Shown here piece after piece: positions 26,501 through 39,213 of a DNA stretch of 64,000 bases. The notes under the pieces are model-generated. The model ran no database searches. It worked only from the letters and a program-made list of their open reading frames with translations, and was not told the DNA's origin. The first letter of the stretch is position 1, and each line of letters opens with the position of its first letter. Position numbers and translations under genes: made by a program. The DNA is from Phallusia mammillata (Eukaryota), in NCBI GenBank assembly GCA_965637545.1, contig OZ281497.1:9362001-9426000 (forward strand), written 5' to 3'.

Positions 26501-27905
26501 CATACTTGGAAATCTCTCACGGCACACAGCTTGATTACTGCTTTAGTTTTAACGTTGTGTACTATTCTTAAGCGGTGTTTGTTACTAAATACCGAACGTG
26601 CAAAAAATGTAGGCGAAACATAGTTAGCCTATATATATCATGAATAAAATGGTGAAAGACTTTAGACTTGTGAATGTTTTTATTATGGGTGGCGAGTGAG
26701 TGTATTACAATTTTACATTAAAGAGCTGAGCTTGAAACGAAAGTAATATTTACCTTGCAAAGGTTCTGGTGAATGAACAGCAGCCACATGATCTCCATTT
26801 CTAGCTTTATCAAGCACCTTTTGAGCCTCCTTGTGGTCGGTTTTTCTTCCCTCGTACGCGACTCCTTGCGTGTGCATAATAAATGACGTCATTTCAGCGT
26901 AATCGGGGAGAAAGGTTTGAAATCTTACATCATCAGCAGTGTCGCCGAAGTTTTTGATGGTGACCTTCAAATTCTGAAGGTCGTTGAATTTTGGAGGAGG
27001 TAATGGCCACATGACGTTCGCCTGGTAATGCAAATCACTTGCGTTACTATTTTATATGCTTTTGCTCTATTACAAAAAATATTTCCCTATACTAGAGCTG
27101 GGCTACTCTACCTGTGTATGCGCTATAGGCAGAGTTGCCATCGACATGGACCCCAAAACAAGGACAACCAATTAAGAGATGAAATTTTCTTACGAAACGA
27201 AACAAACGCTTTTGAACAAATCATTGCATTTTTACGAACCATGACATATCACATGCTATATTTTTTGCCAGAAACAATCTGTTCCCGCAACTCCTTGTTT
27301 GAAACAAATACCCCGTGTCCGTGCCTCTCACAGCACCTCAAGTCTAGGTTTACTTTCACTTGTAGCAGGAATTTGACAGGTAATTGTTTGAAATGAAACA
27401 AAATAAGGACTCAAGTCAAAAAACAAGGTCATTTCTTAGAAATTAGGTATGTTAAACGTGGACATAGGCCAATATTAGATTATTTTGGGGAACATTTTCT
27501 TCTACTGATGGAAAAAGTTTAAGCCTTTAATTAAACTTAGATTCATAGCGGTATTAAGAAATGTTTTAAATGTCTATTTAATAATGCCACCACCCAATGC
27601 TCAGTCATTCCTCAAAGAGTCCTGTCTAGGTTTTTATATTTTTTATTTTCTACACGGAACTGCATTTATAGTATACTGTTGATTTTAATTTACATTTAAA
27701 TTGTTATTTTTTTATAAGAATAAAAAAGTCACGTGCCGAAAATTAGAAATAAAAACAGAATATAGGCTATAGATTGCCCAACCTTTTTGTACACTGGAGA
27801 GGGAAGAAGGCCAATAACGAAAGCTTCATCTTGGTTTGCTCCATCGCCAAATTTTAATAAAACTAAAAGCAGTAGCACTATAAAGGAATATTTTAAACAA
27901 AACAT
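23507..27905 (-). CDS. CUB cluster member C: secreted signal peptide-VIT-6xCUB protein (~949 aa)
   Basis: Exons 27905-27783 (41 codons, hydrophobic signal), 27021-26754 (268 nt, VIT core), 25965-23507 (VIT end, CUB1, Thr-rich linker, CUB2-6); GT-AG, phases 0 and 1 splice in frame; no TM segment. Confidence 0.88.
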
Positions 27906-29622
27906 TGTTGTCTTGTTCACTAAAAAAATCACAAACAAATATAATGTAGCATTTTAATAGTTTTTGTAACAAACCCAACTTGAACTGAAAATAAACGAAT
28001 ACCAGCTACAAATGTCGCTGTTCCTTCACGTAAAGAATAGTTTTGACAATGTTATAAGTTTCAGCAAAAATTCTTATTTTGTCACAACGTCTTTGCGCGT
28101 CTGCGGCCTTGAATTACGTATGTGGATACCACAACAGACCTAAAAAGCAACCCTAATATACAGCACAGACCGCTTGACGTTTTTATCAAAGGTAAATATT
28201 TTGATGGCGTGAGAACGAACATTTGGCTTAAAGGACCAGTGCTTTAGCATGATCATCTGAGATAAAAATATTTAGTTTAGCGATGGCCTAGTTTCGGGGT
28301 GTAAGTTTTCGAAGATAGGGGCTGTTTTTTTACATTTAGCCACATGTTTTGCACAAATCAGATTTAAATTTTGCATTTCAAATTTTGTGTTTCAATATTT
28401 TTTTTTCAAATTTTAAACATCTTTTGTGTTTTTGGAGTTACCGAAGCTTCTTAAAGCATTCCATGGACCGTTATAACATCCAATTGGATGTCCGCAAAAG
28501 TAAAAATATTTTTTAAAACCTAAAAGTGAAAATGCGGAAATGTCAACTAAAGAAGCAAATTTTCCTTCATTTTGTGTTGAAATGTCCAAGCTAAGCACGT
28601 AGGCTACACCCTATATAGTTTGCCTAAAGCGTATATGTGACCCTGCATTAATCTCAAGAGAAGTACAGCGTGTATTTCTGTACTGTTGTCAAGAAGCAGG
28701 ATGTTATTCTGTACAGGGTAAATATTTACCACTCCCAACCATCCAAAAGGGGAAGAAGTTGCTTACCTGTTCCAACAGTGCGAATGCTGTTGGTAATATG
28801 TTATTTTTAGATACACTGTCCTTACGACAGCTACACGCTGGTGTCCATCGATCATATGTCTTAAATCCTAGTAGACCAAAACGTTTGGTTCCAATTTTGT
28901 TTCACTATTATCCACTAACTTTACATAAATTCTGACAGTCCGTTGCATCTACCAAGTTGTGCTTGCGAAACTGGGCACAGGATGCTAATTCCAAGACATT
29001 TGTGTTTGAGATTGTTTTTATGCTTACCAAATCGTTTGTGCGAACTTATGTTTATGAATGTGAGTTATCGATTTAAAAGCTTTTTAACCTCTGTGTCACA
29101 TCTACGCTATTATGAAAGATTTCTAAAAATACGTTTTACCATCCGTCGTTGGATTGGGAGAAATTGACAAACGTTCAGGTCGTCAAGATGTCTTGTTCCC
29201 ACGACATTATGTCTGCTTGTTGGGTGTAGGCTATAGCCTATCTTTATCACCTCGAGGCAAAGTCAGCACTTAGCAAATGATGGGAAAGAAAAGACTAATT
29301 AACTAACCGCACTAAACCTTTAAGACAATCTGTTAAAAAAATAATCGAAGCAAAAAGTACAATGAAAAGCGACTGATTGACAATGGGGGTTCAACCTTAA
29401 CAACATATAGAAACTAGGTTGAAATAATAACGTACAGCAGGACAATGTCTAACTTAATGTGCAAGCACAAGGAAAGAAAAAATCCCTGTGCAAGCACAAG
29501 GAAAGGAAATTACAACGTAAATGTTGCGAATGTATATTTGGGCTAAAACTATATTTTTAAACCTATGATTTACTCGGCTTAGACTCAAATTTTAAATCTG
29601 CTGTTATCAACGACAATCCAGA

Positions 29623-30804
29623 ATGCTCCATTTCAACATTCTTGCTTCAATGCTTTTGCTTTGGACCATTGTCAACTTAGGAAATGCAGTTCCCTACCAC
29701 GGAGCTTTAGTTGTTAAATCAGTCAGTCCCAATCCAATTACGGACACAACTTCTTTGACTGACAATCAAGTATGTGGTTATCAAACTTTGGAAGCGCAAA
29801 AAGGTCATCATTATTACTTGACTTCTCCAAACTACCCTGAGCAATATAGCAACGATCTTAGTTGTTTGTGGTTTATTTATTCTTCTTCACCCCAAGAACT
29901 GATTACTTTACAAGTTGTTGATTTTGAAACGGAAAATAAATGGGATAGTGTTTCACTGTATAACGATACTGGTGAAATTACCACTCTGTCTGGGTCAGTT
30001 TCAACAAACAAACAATTCATTGGAACAGGTTACATTTCTGTTAACTTTGTCACTGACGAGTCTGGGACAGCTAGAGGATTTAACCTCACCTATCAAGTTG
30101 GACCAGTTGAAACGTGCGATTTTGAACATTTGTATCCAGACATGGGAAGTCATTATTTTTTGTCCTCTCCCAATTATCCATACCAGTATTACAATAATAT
30201 TGATTGCTGGTGGCATATATACGCAGTTTCTTTAACCCAACAGTTTATTGCTTTGCATATTCTTGATTTCGAACTACAGTACTATGACTCAGTTTACCTG
30301 TATAACCAAAATGAACGTATTGCAACCCTTTACGGAAATACTCTCGAAACCAAAGAATTTTCTGCAATGGGATACATGGGTGTTAACTTCAAAACTGACA
30401 ATTCTGTAACGAATAAAGGCTTCAACTTTACGTATGAAGTATTTTTGTCCCCAGTATGCAATCAAACTGAATATTTGTATTCATATTATGCAAACTATAA
30501 CAACCTAACATCGATAAATTACCCCAACAACTATCCAAATGCCCTATGTACCACATGGAGCATTCACTCTGTATTTTATGGTTATATAATTGAACTTTAT
30601 GTTGCTGATTTTGATATTGAAAAATGTTGTGACTACCTCGAATTTTTCGACGGCCCAACTTCAAATTACCCGAAAATTCAATTTCAACCCCAAACAAGTT
30701 CGTACGTTAGTTCGACATCAACTGACATGTTTATTGTATTTTTTACCGATGATTCCGTATCTCACAAAGGCTTTCAGTTAATGTATCGCAGTGTACAGCC
30801 ATGA
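29623..30804 (+). CDS. CUB cluster member D: secreted signal peptide-3xCUB protein, single coding exon
   Basis: 393-aa ORF; signal MLHFNILASMLLLWTIVNLGNA; three CUBs (two type 2, one type 3); AATAAA right after the stop. Confidence 0.92.
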   Translation: MLHFNILASMLLLWTIVNLGNAVPYHGALVVKSVSPNPITDTTSLTDNQVCGYQTLEAQKGHHYYLTSPNYPEQYSNDLSCLWFIYSSSPQELITLQVVDFETENKWDSVSLYNDTGEITTLSGSVSTNKQFIGTGYISVNFVTDESGTARGFNLTYQVGPVETCDFEHLYPDMGSHYFLSSPNYPYQYYNNIDCWWHIYAVSLTQQFIALHILDFELQYYDSVYLYNQNERIATLYGNTLETKEFSAMGYMGVNFKTDNSVTNKGFNFTYEVFLSPVCNQTEYLYSYYANYNNLTSINYPNNYPNALCTTWSIHSVFYGYIIELYVADFDIEKCCDYLEFFDGPTSNYPKIQFQPQTSSYVSSTSTDMFIVFFTDDSVSHKGFQLMYRSVQP

Positions 30805-31454
30805 AATAAATTTACTTGTAAACATTTTAATTGATCCATTTTCATTATTTTAACAGTGTGTGCAATTATTTGGTGTTGTTGGTTAAATTAGGGGTTTGTG
30901 TGTGAATTACCATAAACATGTCAATCTTTACTTAAAATTTTGCGTTTGGTTATAAGTTGGTGTAACAATAGTGGTATTTAATAAAATTAACGTTGAAATA
31001 TGCATTCTGTTTTGTTTGATTCTAAAATAGTTGATTTCCTAAAAAAGAACGGTTCTGATTTTGTTGTTCTGTATTTAATACTGCAATTTGCACTTGTCTT
31101 TCTTACTGAGGTAGGAATATTTAACATACTCACGAAACAAAATTAATTCTCCTAGCTGAGCCAACTTAACCCTATTGAAACTGTTCTGACATCACATAGG
31201 GATTGTTTGGCCACGATAAAGTTAAACTAAATATTTTCTCCACTTACTTGTATAACGTTAATTTACTTTATGTTCGTCATTTATTTTGTACATTTAGGAA
31301 AATCTTCTAACACCATACCTCACGGCAGTCGCACATTGAGCTAATTTTCGATAGGTGGCGTACGCAGCGAGGCCAAATGCCCCATTATAATATACAAAAA
31401 CTGGCGGCTAGGGTTATTTGGGTTTGGGGTTAGCTTAAGGTTATAAGTAGGGCA

Positions 31455-32036
31455 AGTTTTTGCAACTTTTGCAACTTTTTTTTACAGCTTCCGGCAGCTT
31501 CCTAAATACTCAGAATTTATGTAGTATGATGTTATAAGCTGTTTGTAGGAATTTTATGTTGCAACTTTTTGCAACTTTTTCTATTTTTCGTGCAACTTTT
31601 TACTGCAACTTTTATCAAGTATTGCGCAAAATGTAAAGGAGTGATTTGAGTGATTTAAAAAACATGCTATAAAACTATTTCTAGTATGCTTCTATTCTCT
31701 TTGATTTGCATAACAAAGAGCTATGTGATGGATTAGCTGCATCTCAATGTTATCTATGACGCAACAGTTGGCTTGCAAGCTAGAAGTTCAACAACCCCAG
31801 CCAAGCATAAAGCGTTATATAAAAGTGCATTCGTTATTTTGCAAGTAAGAAGCGATAACCTTGATATCTGGTAAGATGACAGTCTAAGGCAGGGATTGTC
31901 CAACCTGCGGCCCGCTAGTCATTTTAACTCCAAGAAGTATGCATAAAAGCAACTTGTGCATAAATGCAACTTTTTACTGCAACTTTTGTTGAAATTAAGT
32001 GCAACTTTCTCACGTTTTTAGTGCAACAAAAACTTG
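31455..32036. repeat. Cluster of TGCAACTTT(T) motifs, probably transposon subterminal repeats
   Basis: Motif repeated at 31460-31480, 31560-31615 and 31965-32010. Confidence 0.5.
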
Positions 32037-32407
32037 CCCTAGTTATAAGACGTCCGGAATTTACCGGACATGTCCGGAATTTTGACGTAAAATCCGTGTC
32101 CGGAAATAATTTGAAAACAACAAACACTGGGAATGTCCGAAATTAGCGTCAAGTAGCCTAAACTAAAGTAGTTCTCACAATTCTGTTTCTGGGGGACTCA
32201 AAGCTTTACGTTTTAACTGTTATCTGTGTTGTTTTGATGTGCGATATGCCACTTACATGCAAAACAACTATTCAGCATACATTGAAAGATAATTTGGTGA
32301 TTTTTGCATCTCGAAAGATAAGCTTAAAATAATTGACCGGATTCGTTTATTAACTTATAAGAAAACGAAACTGCGTTCCCTGACAAACTAAACAAAACGA
32401 ATTAGAT

Positions 32408-32964
32408 CAGGGACGGGCAACAAACGGCCCGCGGGCAGATCCGGCCCGCGACGGGATTTTGAGCGGCCCGCAGACAGTTTCAGGTCTTACATGATAATGT
32501 GGCCCGCGGCCACAGTCTGCCGCAATTCCCCCTATATGCTTACTGCGTCAAATTGTAGTTGTAACGGACAGTAACGCTCCCCAATAGTAAAAAAACTTTC
32601 CCGCCGTTGTTGCCATTGGACCATAAGTCCATTGTTACGGCATAACTGCCAACCATGCGTGTGGCCTGCTTTCACGGTTTCCTTTGTTTCAACACATGTA
32701 GCCGTGTAGCTAGTTAGTGTTTCAGCAAGTCTGTGGTGTATGCATTAAATTTACTGTGGTGGATAATTTTATATTATATCAGTTAGATTGTTTGGACTGT
32801 ATTGTATTTGTGATGTTCTTGAATGTATTTGGTTTAGGTGGTCAAAAATCCGTTTTAAATCACTGGATAAATACACGATTAATGTATCGATTCAGGAATC
32901 CGGCCCGCCAAGTACTTCATTTTGCCATATCAGGCCCGCCGACTGGAGAAGTTGCCCGCCCCTG
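32408..32964. mobile_element. hAT MITE
   Basis: CAGGGACGGGCAAC / GTTGCCCGCCCCTG; TSD AATTAGAT / AAATAGAT. Confidence 0.88.
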
Positions 32965-33115
32965 AAATAGATGATTATGGTTATATTGCGTATATTAAAC
33001 AGTAAATTGACTCCATGTATACTGCTAGATAGCGCCGTGTTATCAGATGCTAAATAAATCTCTTTTTGGTGGTGGTATACTAACCGTGCACATATAAACA
33101 CGTTTAGATTTAAAG

Positions 33116-34752
33116 CAGGGGTGGGGAACCTGCGGCCCGCTTGCCTTTTTAATGCGGCCCCCGTCATAATTTTGTTATAGTACAGTATACAACATAGCAT
33201 AAAATAAACAATAAAATGTTTATGTACAAATATTTCCTTGAAATGACTTCGACACTTCTGGTAATCTCCCCATTCACATTATGACGCCAAACTTATAAAA
33301 ATTGCCACACTTTCAACCACTTGCCTTATTTGTGACGTAACAGTCACTCGATTGCCTCTCCTTGCAGTAACAAATCATTTGCCATGTGGTGTTTTTTTAA
33401 ATTGAGTTTAGAGCAGGGGTTCTTAAACTGGGGGGCGCGCCCCCCTAGGGGGGCGTGAAGGGTTCGCAAGGGGGGCGCAGCACAATCTGGCATCAAAGTT
33501 TTCACTTGCAAACAATTGTAAATTAATGCATTGGAATTATGTCGGCGCTGATTTCGAACTTATTGTTTAAAGTATAAACGCTTCAATACTCTGACATGGA
33601 TGTCCAGTTGTATTAACCAAACTTTTTCCACTGCGGGCCGCCGCATAGTTTACATGCCCTTGTGCCGTCTTCTCAAACTTAGCCCATGAGGCGATTTTTA
33701 TATGGGCGCCAAGATATGGTCTTTTTAAAACCCCATTTAAAATCTGTTAAATTGTATAGTTAGTCTCATCTTACAAGGAATGCTTGTATATTACGTCATA
33801 AGTGACACAATAAGGCAATTGTTTGCGCACAATTAACACTTTTTGTTTTGTCTGTGACGTAATAAACTGGGTTTGGATCAATCCTGGGCGTTGCAATCCT
33901 TTTGAGAGTCGGTAATATTAATTTTACATGTCGTAACAGTAAACTTTCGTAAGGAGTAGATTAAGTTTTGACAGTAACAAAGCTATCAATACGATTTGGC
34001 AAACCAAAAATTGGGTCGCGAGCCGGATGAAATGACCTCGCGGGCCGTAGTTTGGTGACCCCTGTACTATATAGTCGGCTGTACATTCTTTATTTGTTCG
34101 CAATTTCGCATTAGAGATTGCCCTGACTTTGAGTGAATCAACAATTTCTGGGCAACATATGCGTAGTTTAAAAGAATACTGGCAACGTGTCTCTGTGTTC
34201 GCAAAAGCCTACTTTTTCGCAACTTATCAGTGTTGAAGTGGCTTTTTCCAACGTTCGGAACTAACTTGACAGTAGCTTAAAGCGGACCTACCATGTATGT
34301 TGTTTCCGAAAAACAAGACAAGCATCATTAGTGCTAACGTTTTTTAGGGGGGGGCGTGAGAATAAATAAATAATTAGTGTAAAGTGGGGCGCGACCGAAA
34401 AAGTTTAAGAACCCCTGGTTTAGAGCTATTAGCGTGGATCCTTATATTGTTATTTTAAATATATTCTTGGAAAAAAGACAGATTGGTATAATGGAGCTAG
34501 GTTATTCCAGAAAGAATGGACAAACTCTTATTTTTAGTCGAAATAAGTGATAAACCTGTATATATATATACCTTGTTTGTTGCGAACATGTAACAGCAAA
34601 GAAAAAATCAAATCTGGAGGATGAAATATAAAACCACTTGTGTGCTTATTAGGGTATTATAACACGGAATTTGAAAATAAAAATATATTTGGCCCGCCCG
34701 AAAATTGTGCAATTCATGCGGCCCGCAGTAGTAAGTAGGTTCCCCACCCCTG
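33116..34752. mobile_element. Triple-nested hAT MITEs (outer 33116-34752, middle 33414-34417, inner ~33616-34064)
   Basis: Outer CAGGGGTGGGGAACCT with TSD ATTTAAAG; middle CAGGGGTTCTTAAACT with TSD GTTTAGAG; inner ends AGTTTGGTGACCCCTG, left end truncated. Confidence 0.92.
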
Positions 34753-35504
34753 ATTTAAAGACTACTGGTGCACATATTTCTTAATAACGACAATCAGTTT
34801 TGTGTTGTCTTATTGACAAATATTTATTTATTTTTACAAGAAAGTACTGTGAAGGCACAAGAAACTACTGTAGTGTTCGTGAACGGCAACATGCTGATAT
34901 CATACAACATAGAAAATACTGAACAAGCTTTTTGTCCACCAGGTTGCATATTTAGCACATTTGTCCTTCAACTGGTGTAATGCTAAACAAAATACTAGTT
35001 GTTTTTATCAAGAACTTGTATTTTTGCTAACGTTTCGCCCACCAGATCAGTAGAGCTTCATCCGAGCAATGAATGATGTACTGCGAGCAACAAGCGAAAA
35101 AGCGCAAGAACAGCGGGATACGATGAAAAATAATTACACAATAACAAAGGACATCCTTACACCAGTTGAACGACAAATTTGTTAAATCATACAACATGTT
35201 ATTCATTAAAAAACATTTCATTTTGTTTTGTGCCATATTGTTGTGGCACATATTTAAAAACTACAAAACTGTTTGAGTTTTATATTTTATTCAAACATTG
35301 ATTCATTTTTAAAAGAAACGACAACAATGTTTGTATGAAGTAGCGGTCTGAAATCATCGTTTTACTATTTATTGGAAAGTACGTAATTAAAGTTGTTTTT
35401 GTGGCATATTACCTAGCCACCTGTGCTTGTTTTTAAGTCAACATGAAGAAAATATTTCCCCCAATTGTTGTCTCATTGTGGTAACTTGCCACGTGTTATA
35501 GAAT

Positions 35505-35640
35505 GCAGCATGCCCATTATCACGTATACCTGTTTACCCATGTGTATAAGTAGTGTGTGTTCATATCGTGGTTGGGATCGAAACTGTTTGCGAAGCAGTT
35601 ACTTAAAGTTTGATAAGGAAGTGATTATCACCGGCTAGCT
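35505..35640 (+). promoter_or_regulatory. Upstream block conserved between E and F with a TATA-like TATAAGTA
   Basis: ATGCAGCATGCCCAT.ATCACGTATACCTGTTTACC.ATGTGTATAAGTAGTGTGTGTTCA.ATCGTGGTTGGG recurs at ~41387-41460. Confidence 0.55.
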
Positions 35641-35970
35641 CGCTTTTACGATGTTGAAGGTATAAAGAGTTCAATTAGGTATAGCCTATATTATTGCCGA
35701 GAAAGTTAAGAATATTAAAAAAAATATTTGCTTGTAGCTAACCAAATAATAACGTGTGAAAAGAAACGGAATAATGCTGGCTAAGGACATGACTGAGGAC
35801 AGTATCAAAGATAAACTTTTAAGACCCTTTGCCTTATCGACTTAGAAGTATTGACTATAGTTTAAAAAAAATGTAAGAAAAAATAACTGTAGAGCGTTCT
35901 TCGTCCTTAGAAATTTGGATTTTTTGCAGACAATTTTAATTGCAAAACTGCTTTTTACTATCGACATACG

Positions 35971-38900
35971 ATGGCTTGTAACAAAACTGATACTTTGCTC
36001 ATTTTTCTGACAATTCTTGCACCGTTGGGATATGCTGTGAATAAAGACCAATCATTTGTAGTTGGACTTCTTCCTAGACCAGTATACGAAAAGGTAAATT
36101 CAATAAAATATTTTGGGAAATGGCCTTTCACAGATTTTGTTTCTTATTTGGATCTAGGCAAATGTCACTTGGCCAATTCCCGCACCAGCATTCAATGGCC
36201 TTCAAAATCTGAAGGTCACTATTAAAAACTTCGGTGACATAGCTGATGACGTCGGATTTCACACTTACCTTCCTGACTACGCAGAGATGACGTCGTTTAC
36301 AATGCACACAGACGGAGTTGCGTACACAGGAAGAAAAACTGATCGCATGGAAGCGCAGGAGATAATCGACAAAGCGAAAAAGGGCGACCATGTGGTGCAA
36401 TGCTTTTTCCTAAACGTTTAACAGGTAAATTGAACATTGGGAATCGTGCTTAAGTTTTTAAATACAACGACCAAGTACTTGTATTAATATACGTTGTTTT
36501 TCCAAAACCTGTTTCTGCACAATATATTTTTTGAGTTTGTACTGTTTATTTTAAAAGGAACCATGGGCATCATAAACGAATTTAGAAAAATTGGTAAAAA
36601 AAACATTCTTTGAGGCTTAGCTGAAATAATGGTTTCGACCTTTTAGGGTGGGTTGGATGCTATCACTAGACATAAAAGTGCGTCATACTCATACAGGAAC
36701 ATGGGTGGCCATGGGTGTAGGTAGTAGCCGGACTGATATTTATTCGAGCCGGGTTGATATTTGAGTTTAAACAAACATTGTGTTTTGCCACATAACCTTC
36801 TTTCGAGTTGTAACTTCATGCGTTTTTAGACCTAAATGACTTGCAACTCCCAACTGAAAAAAATATCCACATCAAGGGCAACAAAGAAGTCATCTTTAAC
36901 ATCGAGTACAAAGAAACCGTGAAAGACAGGATCGACTCCGGTGTGAAGATACAGAACAGAGCTTATGTGCTTCTTGATCTTTATGGTTCCACTGTTAAGA
37001 ATTTGGTGGGTGAGATATTTTCTCCCAAGTATCCTCAACCCTACCCGAACTCTGCTGACATCGCTTGGTTGGTTCGTGTGCCTTACGATAAAGTGGTTCA
37101 ACTCAATATCGTCGATATCGACATCGAGGAATGCTGCGACCGACTCACCATCTATGACGGCAACTCTATGACCGATCCAGCAATTGTTATTTTATCTGGT
37201 TCTTTGGCCAATCAGAACATGTTGACGTACCAGTCCACCAGCAGTAGTATGATGTTGCATTTTACTTCTGATTGTTCCGAATCGAATACTGGATTTAGGG
37301 TAATAACTTCAGTGGGTGTAACTGGTTATAAAGCAGAAAACCCACATGTGGCAACAACAACTTCTGGTGTAGTTACTGATGAGTCAACTCCTTATCCAGT
37401 AAACAATGGAAACTGTTCTGAATATGGCAAATCTTTGGACCCATTGCCAGGAAAGTACTACTATCTTTCATCACCAAACTACCCTGGCCAGTATTATAAC
37501 GATATTTCTTGCTGGTGGTATATATATCTCAGTTACCCACGCTTTTTTGTATCAATTGAAGTTCTTGATCTCGATTTAGAAAGCGGCCATGATTATGTGT
37601 CAATATCGAATAGAAGTGGTTTGATGGCCAACTTGACTGGTTCAAAGTTTTCAAAGAAACCAATCAATGCGACTTACTATGTTGATATCCGCTTACATAC
37701 AGATTCATCAGTGACGAAAAGAGGTTTTAATTTTCGGTACAAACTTATTCCGTTTCCAAGATGCAACGGGACTCAACATTTGGATGCTGATTCAAACTAT
37801 CAAAGCATTACATCGCTGAACTATCCAGGAAGTTACTACGACGCTCTTTATTGCACCTGGAGCATTACTTCCGTGTACTCAGATTCTGTGGTGGAAGTTT
37901 TCATTGCTGATTATGCCATCGAGCCAAACTACGACTTCTTATTATTCTATGATGGTCCTTCCCAATATTACGCACAAATTGACTACAAACACCAAACCGG
38001 ATCATTTATTTACTCAACAACATCAAATATGTTTGTTACTTTTGTTACTGATTACAGTAAAACTCATAAAGGGTTTCGAATCATGTATAGGGGAGTACAG
38101 AGTTCAAACCAGACTTCTCCCAGTTATAACGATCCGTCTGCCAACAACCCCGATATTGCATGCCCTTCAGGGCTATATCTCTCTGTCGACCCTTATACCT
38201 ACAATTATATAACCTCGCCTAACTATCCAAGCTTGTATGACAACAACTCAACCTGCACATGGTATATTGAGACAAAATATGCTGGATACAGTATTGAGAT
38301 AGACGTTAACGATGCACGTTTTAACCAATTTGATCGGGTCATTTTTTACTCCGATTGGAACACCCCCTACTACTGGGGTTATTTCGATGGGTATAACTCC
38401 TTTTATGGCAAACTTTTTATTAATTCCGGACAAGCAAAAGTGACGTTTATCTCCGATAAATCTCTCAGAGAAAAGGGATTTTTGTTTCTTGTGAAAGCGG
38501 TTCCTCAACTTCCTGCCTGTCCATATGGTGAAACTCTGGACATACATTCTGGTTCATCTATTCTTACTTCACCCAACTACCCTTACCCTTACTACAGCAA
38601 TATGGACTGTAGTTGGACAGTACAAAGCCCCAGCGATCTATACATTATGGTAAACATACTTTACTTCGATTTAAACCAGGCTTATCTTTATATATACGAC
38701 GGGCCTACTATTAAATACCCATGGATCGCCAATTTCTATGAAACTTTATATCACACTCCGATTTATTCTAGCGGTTCTATAATGTTGTTTAAATTTAAAT
38801 CATGGAATACCGGAATCGGTTTTAAACTTCAGTACTCAACGATAAATAATCGCACAAATGACGAACATGAATCACAGAACAACTGTACTCTGATACACCA

Positions 38901-39213
38901 CCTTTCCAACACCAACGGCACAATTACTTCAAGTAATTATCCTGACTATTACCCCAACAACATGATTGAATGTTGGATTTTCGGTCTAAAGCACAACGCA
39001 TTGGAGCTTATATTTAAAGATTTTGACACCGAATATTATTCGGATCGCTTGAAACTTTACAACAGCAAGCAAGAAACTGAAGTCTTCTTCGGTTGGGTGC
39101 GTCCCAGTTACCCGTATACGTACTATGGGTACAACTTGTGGCTTCAATTCACCACTGACAACCAAACTTCGTACAACAAAGGTTTTGAGATCAACTATGT
39201 TTTGTTGACATAA
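35971..39213 (+). pseudogene. CUB cluster member E: signal peptide-VIT-6xCUB gene with a 1-nt deletion in exon 2 (null allele or sequence error)
   Basis: Exons 35971-36093, 36158-36424, 36830-39213. Exon 2 is 267 nt vs 268 in C; CATGTGG-TGCAATG lacks the C of GCT, giving in-frame TAA at 36419-36421. Exon 3 is fully open. Confidence 0.8.
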
